A DNA stretch of 30,110 nucleotides from a virus (Duplodnaviria > Caudoviricetes), in IMG/VR virus record IMGVR_UViG_3300037851_000239, positions 1 to 30,110 of that record; one strand, written 5' to 3'. This document shows positions 1 to 8,312 of this stretch, piece by piece. Position numbers and translations under genes: made by a program. The notes beneath the pieces are model-generated. The model was not told the origin of the DNA. It searched no databases and worked only from the letters and a program-made list of their open reading frames with translations. How positions within the stretch are numbered: the stretch's first letter is position 1; each line of letters begins with the position of its first letter.

Positions 1-33
1 GTAGGATCTTTGGCTCCGCTGCCAATCTAAAGA

Positions 34-63
34 GGGCGGCGATTCTCCCAGTTATTGCCGCCT
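34..63 (-). terminator. possible intrinsic terminator or hairpin after the capsid gene
   Basis: GGCGGC..GCCGCC stem just downstream of the capsid stop, followed on the minus strand by only a weak CTCTTT tail. Confidence 0.3.
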
Positions 64-77
64 ATCCCCGCCAGAAA

Positions 78-1346
78 CTAGTAACCCGTCGGAACCGCCA
101 GTGCGTAGATGTACGAGCACAGCGGCGGGTTGTTGACGTAGGTGTTCGTACCGATGACGTAGTAGAACACCAGAGAAGTCTTCGGCGAACCGTCCGTCGT
201 GGACCGGATGTCGAAGAGCGTTTCACTGCCCTTCTTGTACAGTCCGGGCTGCTTGAAGACCACCTTCTTCCAGACACCCTTGACCGTGAAGTCGATCCTC
301 GTCTTGTCCCACGAGAAGGACTTCTTGATCGGGATACCCGCGAGCTGGTCGACGTTGAAGAAGAGGTTCATCCCCTCCTCCCTCGCCGACTTCTGAATCG
401 TGGTCAGACCCCAACCCAGAGACTCGATCGCCTGCACCTGGCACGGATGCATCCAGGCGACCTGATTCTTCATGTTGTCCATGCCGACGCGGTCGCCAAT
501 GATGTTGATGGCCCTGCGAACGTAACTCAGCGAGATTGATCCATTGTTCGCGTTGATACCGTTCGCCCGGATCTGCGGATATGTCGCACGATCCAGTCCG
601 AGCCACGTCCCGGAGGACGCGTTGGAGTGGTGATACGGCACTCCGAGCAGAGAGATGACCGACGCTCCGACAACCGTTCCGAGACCACCAACCACAACCT
701 TGTCGGTCGCAGCCAGGGCAGCCGTAGTGGCCGACTTGATCTGCTTCGCGACGGGATCGTGATACGTGATCGTCTTGTTGGTCGTGTTCGTGCTGTCCCT
801 AGCAGCCGAGAGATCGGACGTGTAATACGCCACCTCCTGGCTGTACCGGAGCAGCTTGGAACCGAATCCGTCAGTGCCGAGAGTGATGGTGTCGAAACCA
901 CCCGAATTCGACACAGCCGAAATCGTCCCAAGAATGCCCTGACCGTTGGTCATCATCAGAGAGTCGATGTACCGACGGAACTCTGCGATTGCCGAAGCCG
1001 AGAGACGACGGACGGTATTGACAACCGCCTTCCGCCCACTCTCGGTAGCCCACTCCGCCTTCCGGGTGTACTGCGTACCCATCCGGAGGTGCTGGCTGTT
1101 GATCACGGCCTTGTCGTACTTGGGCGCCGAGCCCAGTCCGAGAGCCCCGCCGTCCGGGTCGTAGTGTCCGAAGTTGCCTCCAGACCAAACCTCGAGCGGC
1201 ACTCGTGCGTCTCGGTTGGAAATCTCGACGTCCTCGGCCGTATCCATCCACTGGTAAAACGGACCCTCGCGCTCGAACAGAGTCGGAACCACCTTGTCGA
1301 CGTGTTCCAGCTCCGTTGCGGCGACGTCCGCCTCTTGCTGCGCCAT
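78..1346 (-). CDS. major capsid protein
   Basis: 422 aa directly after the acidic scaffold gene in a terminase-portal-scaffold order; AGGAG RBS; HK97-like size and C-terminal beta-strand pattern (AWMHP...IDF...YVNNP). Confidence 0.8.
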   Translation of the reverse strand: MAQQEADVAATELEHVDKVVPTLFEREGPFYQWMDTAEDVEISNRDARVPLEVWSGGNFGHYDPDGGALGLGSAPKYDKAVINSQHLRMGTQYTRKAEWATESGRKAVVNTVRRLSASAIAEFRRYIDSLMMTNGQGILGTISAVSNSGGFDTITLGTDGFGSKLLRYSQEVAYYTSDLSAARDSTNTTNKTITYHDPVAKQIKSATTAALAATDKVVVGGLGTVVGASVISLLGVPYHHSNASSGTWLGLDRATYPQIRANGINANNGSISLSYVRRAINIIGDRVGMDNMKNQVAWMHPCQVQAIESLGWGLTTIQKSAREEGMNLFFNVDQLAGIPIKKSFSWDKTRIDFTVKGVWKKVVFKQPGLYKKGSETLFDIRSTTDGSPKTSLVFYYVIGTNTYVNNPPLCSYIYALAVPTGY

Positions 1347-1349
1347 CGC

Positions 1350-2669
1350 CTATCTCCTAGATTGCCGAAGCGACTTAGCCCTTCCGGAGATGATATCGAG
1401 GTCAGACGAATGCTCGAAGTCGATTTCACTCGCCTTGAGCGCTCTTTCGCGTCCTCCTCCGACCACTCCTTCTCCGGCATCTCGTCTCATCGGCGGTTTG
1501 TTTCTTCCATCTTCCCTGCTATCGTTCTTTCCGAGAGCAGCAAGAAGAAGGCGTCTCCTGATGGGTCCAATGAGTTGTGTGGCACGACCAAGAAAAGTTC
1601 CGACCATCCGCGTCTTGTACTCATTGGAGTAACCCGACCTCCGAGCGCGCCCGAAAGTCCGCTGCATTACGTGGTTGAACTGTGTATCCTCATCCAACAG
1701 TTCCTGGACACTTGCCATTGTCTTCTCGACGACCGAATTCTTCAGGAAGGGTGAAAGAACGTTGTTCGGGTCGAGCCCCTTCTCGATTCGCTTCCTAAGA
1801 AGCCGCTGACAATTTGACTTGACACTTCCGACGAAAGCCTTACTTTCTCGCTGCTCAGCCTCACGCTCACGCTCAGCCAGCCTGCGCTCCCGCTCCTCCA
1901 ACTCGGGATTAGTCCTTTCCGGAGCCGCCTCCTTGGGGATTTCTCCCTTTAATGAAGGCCAAATCAGGGATGCTAGATGCTTCGTGGAGTAAACGAGATT
2001 CTTGTCTCCCCTTGCTTCCCCAGTCGTCCTAGCCAGAGCGAGAACCTCCGCTAGAACAGGGTAGGTCACTGCACGATATGAGCCCTCATCTACTTCGCGT
2101 AGAGCAGGAAGGAAATTGTTCACGAATCGCTTAAAGCCATCCGCATTTGTCTGCTTGATGGCCGAAAGCACCTTCGGTCCGTTTCCCTGAAGAATCTCGG
2201 CCTCGAATTCCCTATAATCATCATTCAGCTGGGAGATCTCAGCCGCCTCGCGAGGAGTGCCAAAGAGCTGAGAGAAAGCGGTATCCCGCATGATTGCGAT
2301 GCGGAGAGGCTTGAACTCCTTAAAGATCTTCGGATACTTCTTCTCGATATCCTTAATGAGCTTCGGCTCTCCGGAGGACTCGAGCTCCGCCTTCTCTTCT
2401 TCTCCAAGGAGATCATCCTCCTCTTCCTCTTCTTCCTCGCCCTCCTCTTGCTCTTCTTCCTCCGATTCTTCCTTCCTATCCTTGTCCTTCTTGGGAGGAA
2501 GGATATCGGTCAGAGAGTCATCATCCTCGGACTTCCCTCCCTGATCCTCTTCACGACGCTCGCCACCGGACTTGTTATCATCTTCATCAAGAAGACGATT
2601 CATTTGATCCAGCGCATCCTCTGCATCTGCGGCGAGGTCATCAACCTCATTTCCGACTGGTTCAGGCAT
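1350..2669 (-). CDS. capsid scaffolding protein
   Basis: 439 aa with a very acidic, disordered N-terminus (poly-E) and a helical/coiled-coil body; immediately upstream of the capsid gene. Confidence 0.7.
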   Translation of the reverse strand: MPEPVGNEVDDLAADAEDALDQMNRLLDEDDNKSGGERREEDQGGKSEDDDSLTDILPPKKDKDRKEESEEEEQEEGEEEEEEEDDLLGEEEKAELESSGEPKLIKDIEKKYPKIFKEFKPLRIAIMRDTAFSQLFGTPREAAEISQLNDDYREFEAEILQGNGPKVLSAIKQTNADGFKRFVNNFLPALREVDEGSYRAVTYPVLAEVLALARTTGEARGDKNLVYSTKHLASLIWPSLKGEIPKEAAPERTNPELEERERRLAEREREAEQRESKAFVGSVKSNCQRLLRKRIEKGLDPNNVLSPFLKNSVVEKTMASVQELLDEDTQFNHVMQRTFGRARRSGYSNEYKTRMVGTFLGRATQLIGPIRRRLLLAALGKNDSREDGRNKPPMRRDAGEGVVGGGRERALKASEIDFEHSSDLDIISGRAKSLRQSRR

Positions 2670-2699
2670 GTGATTAATCTCCCATCAACTGATTGACGT

Positions 2700-2876
2700 T
2701 TACCTATTCATTTCCTTCAAAACAACCCCGATGTTAGCTGCTGGCCAATCGCAGCCGTTCTTGGACGCATGATCGCTCGACAATTTGATGACTGCATCCT
2801 TCGGTCGGAGACCCTTGTACTGAGGATCATTATCGGTCAGTACAGCCCCACACTTTTTGCATCTGATAGATTTCAT
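2700..2876 (-). CDS. 58-aa Zn-finger-like protein (not in ORF track)
   Basis: My translation MKSIRCKKCGAVL...SDHASKNGCDW...EMNR; GGGAGG RBS; fills the gap between neighbouring genes. Confidence 0.7.
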   Translation of the reverse strand: MKSIRCKKCGAVLTDNDPQYKGLRPKDAVIKLSSDHASKNGCDWPAANIGVVLKEMNR

Positions 2877-2886
2877 CTATGCCTCC

Positions 2887-3219
2887 CTAGTAGCTCAACA
2901 CTGCAGTAACAGTAAGAGCTCCTCCACCCGTCTGCGACGCCTTACGAACTCGAATAAATGCAGCTGCTGTCGGATTCGTAGTTCGAGTTTCTCCGGCAGT
3001 AGCCGTGCTCGTATCGAAGTCATTCCAAACGACCTTATCGTTTGAAATTTGAAGGGCAATGCTAACACCACTGGGAGCAGATGCAAACTTGGTAGTCCAC
3101 GCGATTACCTTAGCGAAAGACGTAGGCATCGCAAACTCCGCCAAGTTCACAGGTGCCGCTTGAGCATCAGCGTTTACTAGGACGACCTGTTCCCCCGGTT
3201 GGATCAGTTCGGTTGACAT
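2887..3219 (-). CDS. small beta-sandwich virion/head decoration protein
   Basis: 110 aa, Ala/Thr-rich alternating beta-strands (IALQISND..W, FIRVR..LTVTAVL); located in the head cluster; AGGAG RBS. Confidence 0.6.
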   Translation of the reverse strand: MSTELIQPGEQVVLVNADAQAAPVNLAEFAMPTSFAKVIAWTTKFASAPSGVSIALQISNDKVVWNDFDTSTATAGETRTTNPTAAAFIRVRKASQTGGGALTVTAVLSY

Positions 3220-3228
3220 GTCAGTCTC

Positions 3229-3834
3229 CTATCTCCAGCGCTTCGCCAACCTCTTCCAGACTCTTTCTTGCTCGCCTGGTGAGGGAACTTCGAACTCTGC
3301 CCAAGAAACCTGAGCACGGGCGGGAACGTTCGGAACTTCGAATTCTGCAAACGAGAGTAGGGCTCTCCTGATGTCATACGGAGTCTCGAATTCGGTCCAA
3401 GACACTTGAGCCCGACGAGGCTCATTAGGTATCTCAAACTCCGACCAGGATATTTGAGCCCTACGCGTGAGGACAAGATCCGGAATCTCAAATTCTGCCC
3501 AACTAACTCGTGCCCTTCTAGGCTCATTAGGAATCTCGAGCTCGGTCCAAGAGACTTGAGCACGATGTGGGACATTTGGAATCTCGAGCTCTGCCCAACT
3601 AACTTGGGCTCTGTGCGGAACGTTGGGAACTTCCAACTCCGCCCACGAGACTCGTGCGCGACGAGGCTCATTCGGAACCTCGAACTCTGCCCACGAGACC
3701 AGTACTCGCCGCTCCGTACTCTGAACATTCTCGAGCGGGATTTGACCATCAACAGATACACTCGTCCAGTCGGGTGGGCTGAGTGGTTCCTCACCAGTTC
3801 CGAATGGTGCGTTGATGTCAAATAGACGAAACAC
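3229..3834 (-). CDS. tandem-repeat protein, 9 x ~16-aa RAxVSWAEFEVPNxP
   Basis: Repeats are visible in the translation; nucleotide variation between units keeps this frame open; tightly packed between neighbours. Confidence 0.8.
   Translation of the reverse strand: MFRLFDINAPFGTGEEPLSPPDWTSVSVDGQIPLENVQSTERRVLVSWAEFEVPNEPRRARVSWAELEVPNVPHRAQVSWAELEIPNVPHRAQVSWTELEIPNEPRRARVSWAEFEIPDLVLTRRAQISWSEFEIPNEPRRAQVSWTEFETPYDIRRALLSFAEFEVPNVPARAQVSWAEFEVPSPGEQERVWKRLAKRWR
3280..3712 (-). repeat. degenerate ~48-bp coding tandem repeat (9 units, boundaries approximate)
   Basis: Recurrent GGCTCATT(A/C)GG..CTCGA..TCTGCCCA..AGAC units with 48-nt period; one unit is 54 nt. Confidence 0.85.
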
Positions 3835-3837
3835 ATG

Positions 3838-4953
3838 TTACCCGTGGACAGCGGTAATTCCAGCGTTGTAGGTCGTAGAGGATGTGCTCGGCTTCATGAC
3901 CTCGAGAAGAGCCATCGCAGCATCGTCGAACACACGAACGAGTGAAAATGCTCCACGCACGAAGTCATAGATAATGTGCAAGTTTGCAATCGGGATTGGC
4001 ATCCAAACGAGCGGATGGCCAATCACGAAGTTGATGACCCCGGTCGCGACGGCTGCGGAGCAGTGCATCTGGTTAAGATCCATGATGCCTATATCGCCAC
4101 TGGCAAGAGGACAGAACCACGTTTGCGCCGGCTGGTCGAGCCGACGGACGATAGCTCCGGAGTTGCCGGTAACGGTCGGAAGCGACTGTGCGTCGTTACC
4201 AGCGTCATCTCGATATAGACATGTGTCCCAATTGTGTGCCGTTGCGGCCAGAGCCGTACCGCCCACCTCGATGAAGAGGAAGTTCCCACCAGCATAGTCC
4301 GGATTAGTTACTGTACTACTCTGGTATCTGGTTGGAACTCCCGTGACGGATTCATTCGACGTGGAGTTCATCGTCTTGTTGACTTGGAAGATGCGGTCGT
4401 AGAGGAGCAGCGTATTGCCGGCATCCTCGCACGAGGCAAAGCCAGAGACGATATGGCGTGTGTCAGTGCTCACATTGTCGATGAGCATTGCACCCTGGAA
4501 GGCGTCTGTCGGAGCTTCACCACCCGGAGCATTCGCGGCATTAGCTCCAGCGGCCGGCTGATTACCAAGACCCCATAGACTGTTAGTGACACCCACGACA
4601 CCTGTAGATCCGGCCTTCTGCCAGAAATAGTCTCTGCGCTTTCCAGCAGACGCCTCAGCCACCATGTCAGAGATGCTAGTGAAGCCAGCATTAGCCTTGG
4701 CTCTCTGACTCCTAGCAACTCTACGAGCATAGGCATTCAGACGTTCCTTCCAGAAGTCCATCTGATTGCCAAACTGCCCGCTCTTGATAATCCCGCGGAA
4801 GTCTCCCCCCTTGTGAGCAAAGATGACACTACCTGGACATCCCACGAGTGCAATTGGGGGACCATACCAGTCCCTCATCGCACGGGAGATACGCTCCGTG
4901 TGGTCAGCGCCCAACCAACGGTCTAATCTTTGTGCGTGAGTTCCAAGTATCAT
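3838..4953 (-). CDS. putative virion structural protein (beta-rich)
   Basis: 371 aa, Gly/Ala/Thr-rich; ATGA-coupled to the upstream gene; in the head cluster; family not recognised. Confidence 0.6.
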   Translation of the reverse strand: MILGTHAQRLDRWLGADHTERISRAMRDWYGPPIALVGCPGSVIFAHKGGDFRGIIKSGQFGNQMDFWKERLNAYARRVARSQRAKANAGFTSISDMVAEASAGKRRDYFWQKAGSTGVVGVTNSLWGLGNQPAAGANAANAPGGEAPTDAFQGAMLIDNVSTDTRHIVSGFASCEDAGNTLLLYDRIFQVNKTMNSTSNESVTGVPTRYQSSTVTNPDYAGGNFLFIEVGGTALAATAHNWDTCLYRDDAGNDAQSLPTVTGNSGAIVRRLDQPAQTWFCPLASGDIGIMDLNQMHCSAAVATGVINFVIGHPLVWMPIPIANLHIIYDFVRGAFSLVRVFDDAAMALLEVMKPSTSSTTYNAGITAVHG

Positions 4954-5390
4954 GGCTTATTCGCAACGAACCTCAAGTAGAGATTCGAGTAGTCAGTAAT
5001 CGAGTCCGCCTCTGCTCCAGAAAGTGTCTGTGCAGCGGCATTCCATCCACTCGGGATGTCAGTATGAGTCCACTCCTTAATCAGCGTTCCAGGACTTCCC
5101 TCATTCGTGTATCCCTGTCTTAGCTGAACTGTCAGATCTATTTGATCTCCTCCGGCTGCATCCTTCCCATACCTGTATCGAACGGTATGATTGATTGATG
5201 AAAGAGGATCCGATACGCTCGTTAACTTCGTAACATAGACATCATTCGTTGGAGTAAGCACTGTACGAATGTAGTCTGCATCATCGTATGAGGATTCGTC
5301 TATCTGGTCCCATATATCCGTAGTCGATCCATCATCTTCTTCCCAGTTGTCTCTTGTCGTATCGACGCTTGGTCTTGCAAATTGAGCCAT
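4950..5390 (-). CDS. acidic jelly-roll-like (galactose-binding-like) virion accessory protein
   Basis: 146 aa; strand pattern DADYIRT / HTVRYRYGK / LTVQLRQG / LYLRFVAN; the fold call is inference. Confidence 0.55.
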   Translation of the reverse strand: MAQFARPSVDTTRDNWEEDDGSTTDIWDQIDESSYDDADYIRTVLTPTNDVYVTKLTSVSDPLSSINHTVRYRYGKDAAGGDQIDLTVQLRQGYTNEGSPGTLIKEWTHTDIPSGWNAAAQTLSGAEADSITDYSNLYLRFVANKP

Positions 5391-5393
5391 TGT

Positions 5394-5558
5394 CTATCTC
5401 TTGACTCGACCGATATGCCAGCCGTCAAAGTGGGTCCAGCGAATCTCTTTTCCTCTGTAGAAAAGTCTAAATCCTATATTTGGATAAAGCCTTATATACG
5501 TATCTTTGCCCAAGAACCGGATTCGACTCTTCCACCGCCTGAGCAACTTCTTTATCAT
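5394..5558 (-). CDS. 54-aa basic/aromatic protein (not in ORF track)
   Basis: MIKKLLRRWKSRIRFLGKDTYIRLYPNIGFRLFYRGKEIRWTHFDGWHIGRVKR; ATGA overlap with the portal stop; ends 3 nt before the next ATG. Confidence 0.6.
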   Translation of the reverse strand: MIKKLLRRWKSRIRFLGKDTYIRLYPNIGFRLFYRGKEIRWTHFDGWHIGRVKR

Positions 5559-7867
5559 GCGCTCGGAGGAGGCTCGGATGCCCCACTTCCCTCCGCCTGT
5601 CTACTCTTCTTCGGGGGTGGACCTTGAGGAGGTGCAGCCATAGCAGCCTGCTGCATCATCTGCTCGAGGATCATAGAGTGCATCTGGAGATGCTCCATGA
5701 CCATTGCCCACCCCATCGGATTGACTTCCCTCGTCTTGCGCCCATTCTCGCTGGTAGCCCAAGAACGCAGAGTAGCAACATGGATCTCGTGGTTATCCAG
5801 ATCAGGATCGACCTGAACCATCTGACCCGCAAGGATGTTGTTGATCTCCCAGAGCTGATACTCTCGATCATCCTCACCCGGAATCTTGAAGTTCGACATT
5901 CCAATAAGAATACGCGCCGTCTCCGGCATATTCTCTGGTGCGAATGCCCACTGGAAGAGCTCGGGAATTCCAGTCTGGAGCAGTTCCATCAAGACTCCAC
6001 GCTTCTGCTCAGTTGAGAGTGGGAAGGCTTCGTCGTTCTCCGGCCGAACTCGACCGACGTTACCATCGTCGATATCAGCTAGCTTTATCCAGACGTTGAC
6101 GAATCCCTTACCCTTTTCCTGAACGAACTTGATATCCTCTCCTTGGAATCTCATGTGGACACGCAGTTCATCTACGCTCTTCCGCATGACCTTCGCCCAA
6201 GTAAGGACCAGAAGGAACCAGGTTACGCTTAGTCTCTGGAGGGCACCCTGCTTAGCTTGACGATACTCGTCAGCTGTCCTCGAAGATCCCCGAGGAAGGG
6301 GACCACCGTGGATTCCTGGAAAATCTCCCGTAACGAATTGTCCATACTGTTCGAGAGCCTGGCGAAAGATCTCGATATTGTCCGAAAGAACAGCGGGGCG
6401 AGACTGATAGAAACCTGCATCCAGCCCCATTCCCGGCGGACGCTTCGCAGGAAAGATATTCCCCGGAGCTTTCTCCGTATTCTTGTACTTCTCGAAGCTA
6501 AGAACACTTGGATCGGCAAAGCTATCCGCAATCCCAAAGAGAACGTGTTCCAACGTGAGCTGGACCACGTCATTTGTCATATCCTGAATCGGAATCTCCG
6601 GTTTTCCGAGAGGATCTCCGTGGATATGCTCAGCAAAAGGATCGAAGACGATCGTCCAGTGATCGTCCATTGATTCATCGTAGGCTTCGGCAAACTCTCC
6701 GTCAGCCCAAGTGACCTGAATCCCCTTCTTAAAGAGAACGATCAAACTCATTCGGAGTTCTTCGTCCTCAATAAGGTTCAACGCCCAGGGACGGAGCCAA
6801 GCTCTCTCCAGAGTCACCTGATCCTGATCCGGCTCTCCGCCCTCAGCAGCTTTTCTAGCAGTACGAGCGGTATCAGCCGTGCTGGAAGGTGCCGGAGAGC
6901 CAGACTTCATCTCAAGTTGCTTATAAATGTGCTTGATCTGAGCCCAGTGGTGCTCTGTTTCGAGACAGAGATAGCCGGCTTGGTCAAGGGATTTGATATT
7001 GTATGGAATCCTCACGTGACGAGGTCCATAAACCTCGATCTTTTCTCTTCCCTTAGGAACCGTATTGATACTCTCAATCACCGGAACAGGCTCGATTGAC
7101 GACATTTGTACAGCTTCGACTCCACATTCGGGGCAAATGCTGTTCGGAGTCTGAACAGGAAGCTCCTCAAGGCAACCAGGGCAGTGTGCCGACGTCATTT
7201 CCTGATCTACTGTCTTGTACGTCCTTCTCTCGATCGTGCCATACTTCTCATCGTAGACATATGTGTTGTAGTATGCGACGAAGGGCTGATTCCACCTGAT
7301 GTAAACTGCTCGGAGATGAAGCAGTCTTGCCTCGTTATCGTCTGCGATAAACTCGGAAGCGACAGAGTAGGTCTTAGCAGTAGTAATATCCTGCGGGTCC
7401 TCTGCGTCTTCCGGATAGAAGCGGACCTTTGGCGTCTCAGACGAGATCGCTGCTGCAACTGATTCTCCATGAGCCCTATAGACGTTAACTATCTTCGACC
7501 CGATGTAGTTATCTTCGAGTTCTCCAGCCGCTCGAACGACTCCAGCAGCCGTTCTGAACTCCCTCGTTTCCGAGTCGTAGATAACATCCTGTAGGCCACG
7601 CCAGTAGTTCTCGTACATTTGCCAGATCGGAACCATCTTCTCACGAATGTCATCGTCCGGTCTGGTGATAGTCTCAAAAACAGTCCTCAGCGCATCCTTC
7701 TGTTCCTGCGTCAGGTCAATTTGCTGCCCAGTTTCGGGCTGAGCCTCGATTGGAGTAGATTCTACTGGAGGAACCGGAGGCGCGACATCTCCGAGTCCGG
7801 GTTCCTCCGGAGAAAGAGTATCACTCTGCTCTTCCCCTATCAACGCAGTAAGTGCAGAAAGGCCCAT
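5555..7867 (-). CDS. portal protein (large, P22-like size) with Zn-ribbon insert
   Basis: 770 aa between terminase and scaffold/capsid; portal-like segments (IVNVYRAH, P..AEDPQD..TAK, IPIQDMTN), Q/P-rich tail, CPGC..CPEC insert. Confidence 0.8.
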   Translation of the reverse strand: MGLSALTALIGEEQSDTLSPEEPGLGDVAPPVPPVESTPIEAQPETGQQIDLTQEQKDALRTVFETITRPDDDIREKMVPIWQMYENYWRGLQDVIYDSETREFRTAAGVVRAAGELEDNYIGSKIVNVYRAHGESVAAAISSETPKVRFYPEDAEDPQDITTAKTYSVASEFIADDNEARLLHLRAVYIRWNQPFVAYYNTYVYDEKYGTIERRTYKTVDQEMTSAHCPGCLEELPVQTPNSICPECGVEAVQMSSIEPVPVIESINTVPKGREKIEVYGPRHVRIPYNIKSLDQAGYLCLETEHHWAQIKHIYKQLEMKSGSPAPSSTADTARTARKAAEGGEPDQDQVTLERAWLRPWALNLIEDEELRMSLIVLFKKGIQVTWADGEFAEAYDESMDDHWTIVFDPFAEHIHGDPLGKPEIPIQDMTNDVVQLTLEHVLFGIADSFADPSVLSFEKYKNTEKAPGNIFPAKRPPGMGLDAGFYQSRPAVLSDNIEIFRQALEQYGQFVTGDFPGIHGGPLPRGSSRTADEYRQAKQGALQRLSVTWFLLVLTWAKVMRKSVDELRVHMRFQGEDIKFVQEKGKGFVNVWIKLADIDDGNVGRVRPENDEAFPLSTEQKRGVLMELLQTGIPELFQWAFAPENMPETARILIGMSNFKIPGEDDREYQLWEINNILAGQMVQVDPDLDNHEIHVATLRSWATSENGRKTREVNPMGWAMVMEHLQMHSMILEQMMQQAAMAAPPQGPPPKKSRQAEGSGASEPPPSA
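7142..7156. promoter_or_regulatory. dispersed palindromic site, copy 1
   Basis: GTTCGGAGTCTGAAC (reverse strand reads TCCT-GTTCAGACTCCGAAC). Confidence 0.55.
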
Positions 7868-8188
7868 TTACTTCCTCTGGAAGAAGAAATGCCCTTGGAG
7901 GAAGAAGAGACCTGCGATTAACCACGGATTCGTGAGGTATCCAGTGCCAATCGCCCAGCCACTTCCCACGCCAAAGAGCCAAGGAACCATCGGACGCTCT
8001 GAAAGAATCCAGAGGATATCGGAGATCGTATCGTTCGGATACTTATTGACGAGTGTCCAAGCTTCATATGCAAGTAGAACCGAGCAGAGCAAACTAGCTC
8101 TCCAATCCATTATTGCAAAGAAGACTGCACACAGAGCCAGACCTATCAATCCGGTAACGACATACTTCGTCGGCGATCCATTAGCCAA
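7868..8188 (-). CDS. multi-pass membrane protein, holin-like
   Basis: 106 aa with 3-4 hydrophobic segments; TTG start with AGGAG RBS. Confidence 0.55.
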   Translation of the reverse strand: MANGSPTKYVVTGLIGLALCAVFFAIMDWRASLLCSVLLAYEAWTLVNKYPNDTISDILWILSERPMVPWLFGVGSGWAIGTGYLTNPWLIAGLFFLQGHFFFQRK

Positions 8189-8303
8189 CGATCTTCTCCT
8201 TGTGCTCCCTCGGATGACGATCTCGAGCGGACTTAACCGCTTCTACGATCGCCGGAGCGTTACGAACTAGCCACCACAGTGCCTTTAACAGCTTTCCCTT
8301 CAT
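8181..8303 (-). CDS. 40-aa amphipathic protein (not in ORF track)
   Basis: MKGKLLKALWWLVRNAPAIVEAVKSARDRHPREHKEKIVG; strong AGGAGG RBS; stop overlaps the next start. Confidence 0.7.
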   Translation of the reverse strand: MKGKLLKALWWLVRNAPAIVEAVKSARDRHPREHKEKIVG

Positions 8304-8312
8304 AACGACCTC

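Noticed and set aside
62-277. Frameshift extension of the capsid protein
   Set aside because: The alternative frame ends only 16 nt past the capsid stop and no slippery heptamer is evident.
627-1754. 375-aa plus-strand ORF and other long antisense ORFs (e.g. 21538-22347, 24776-25396, 12704-13282)
   Set aside because: Shadow frames opposite well-supported genes, explained by codon bias; no motifs seen.
3280-3712. 48-bp periodic repeat as a CRISPR array or DGR
   Set aside because: No repeat-spacer alternation; variation is codon-like within an open frame; no cas operon or reverse transcriptase in the window.
3204-3836. Alternative 210-aa frame over the repeat gene
   Set aside because: The repeat is far better conserved at protein level in the 3229-3834 frame, and this frame overlaps the next gene.
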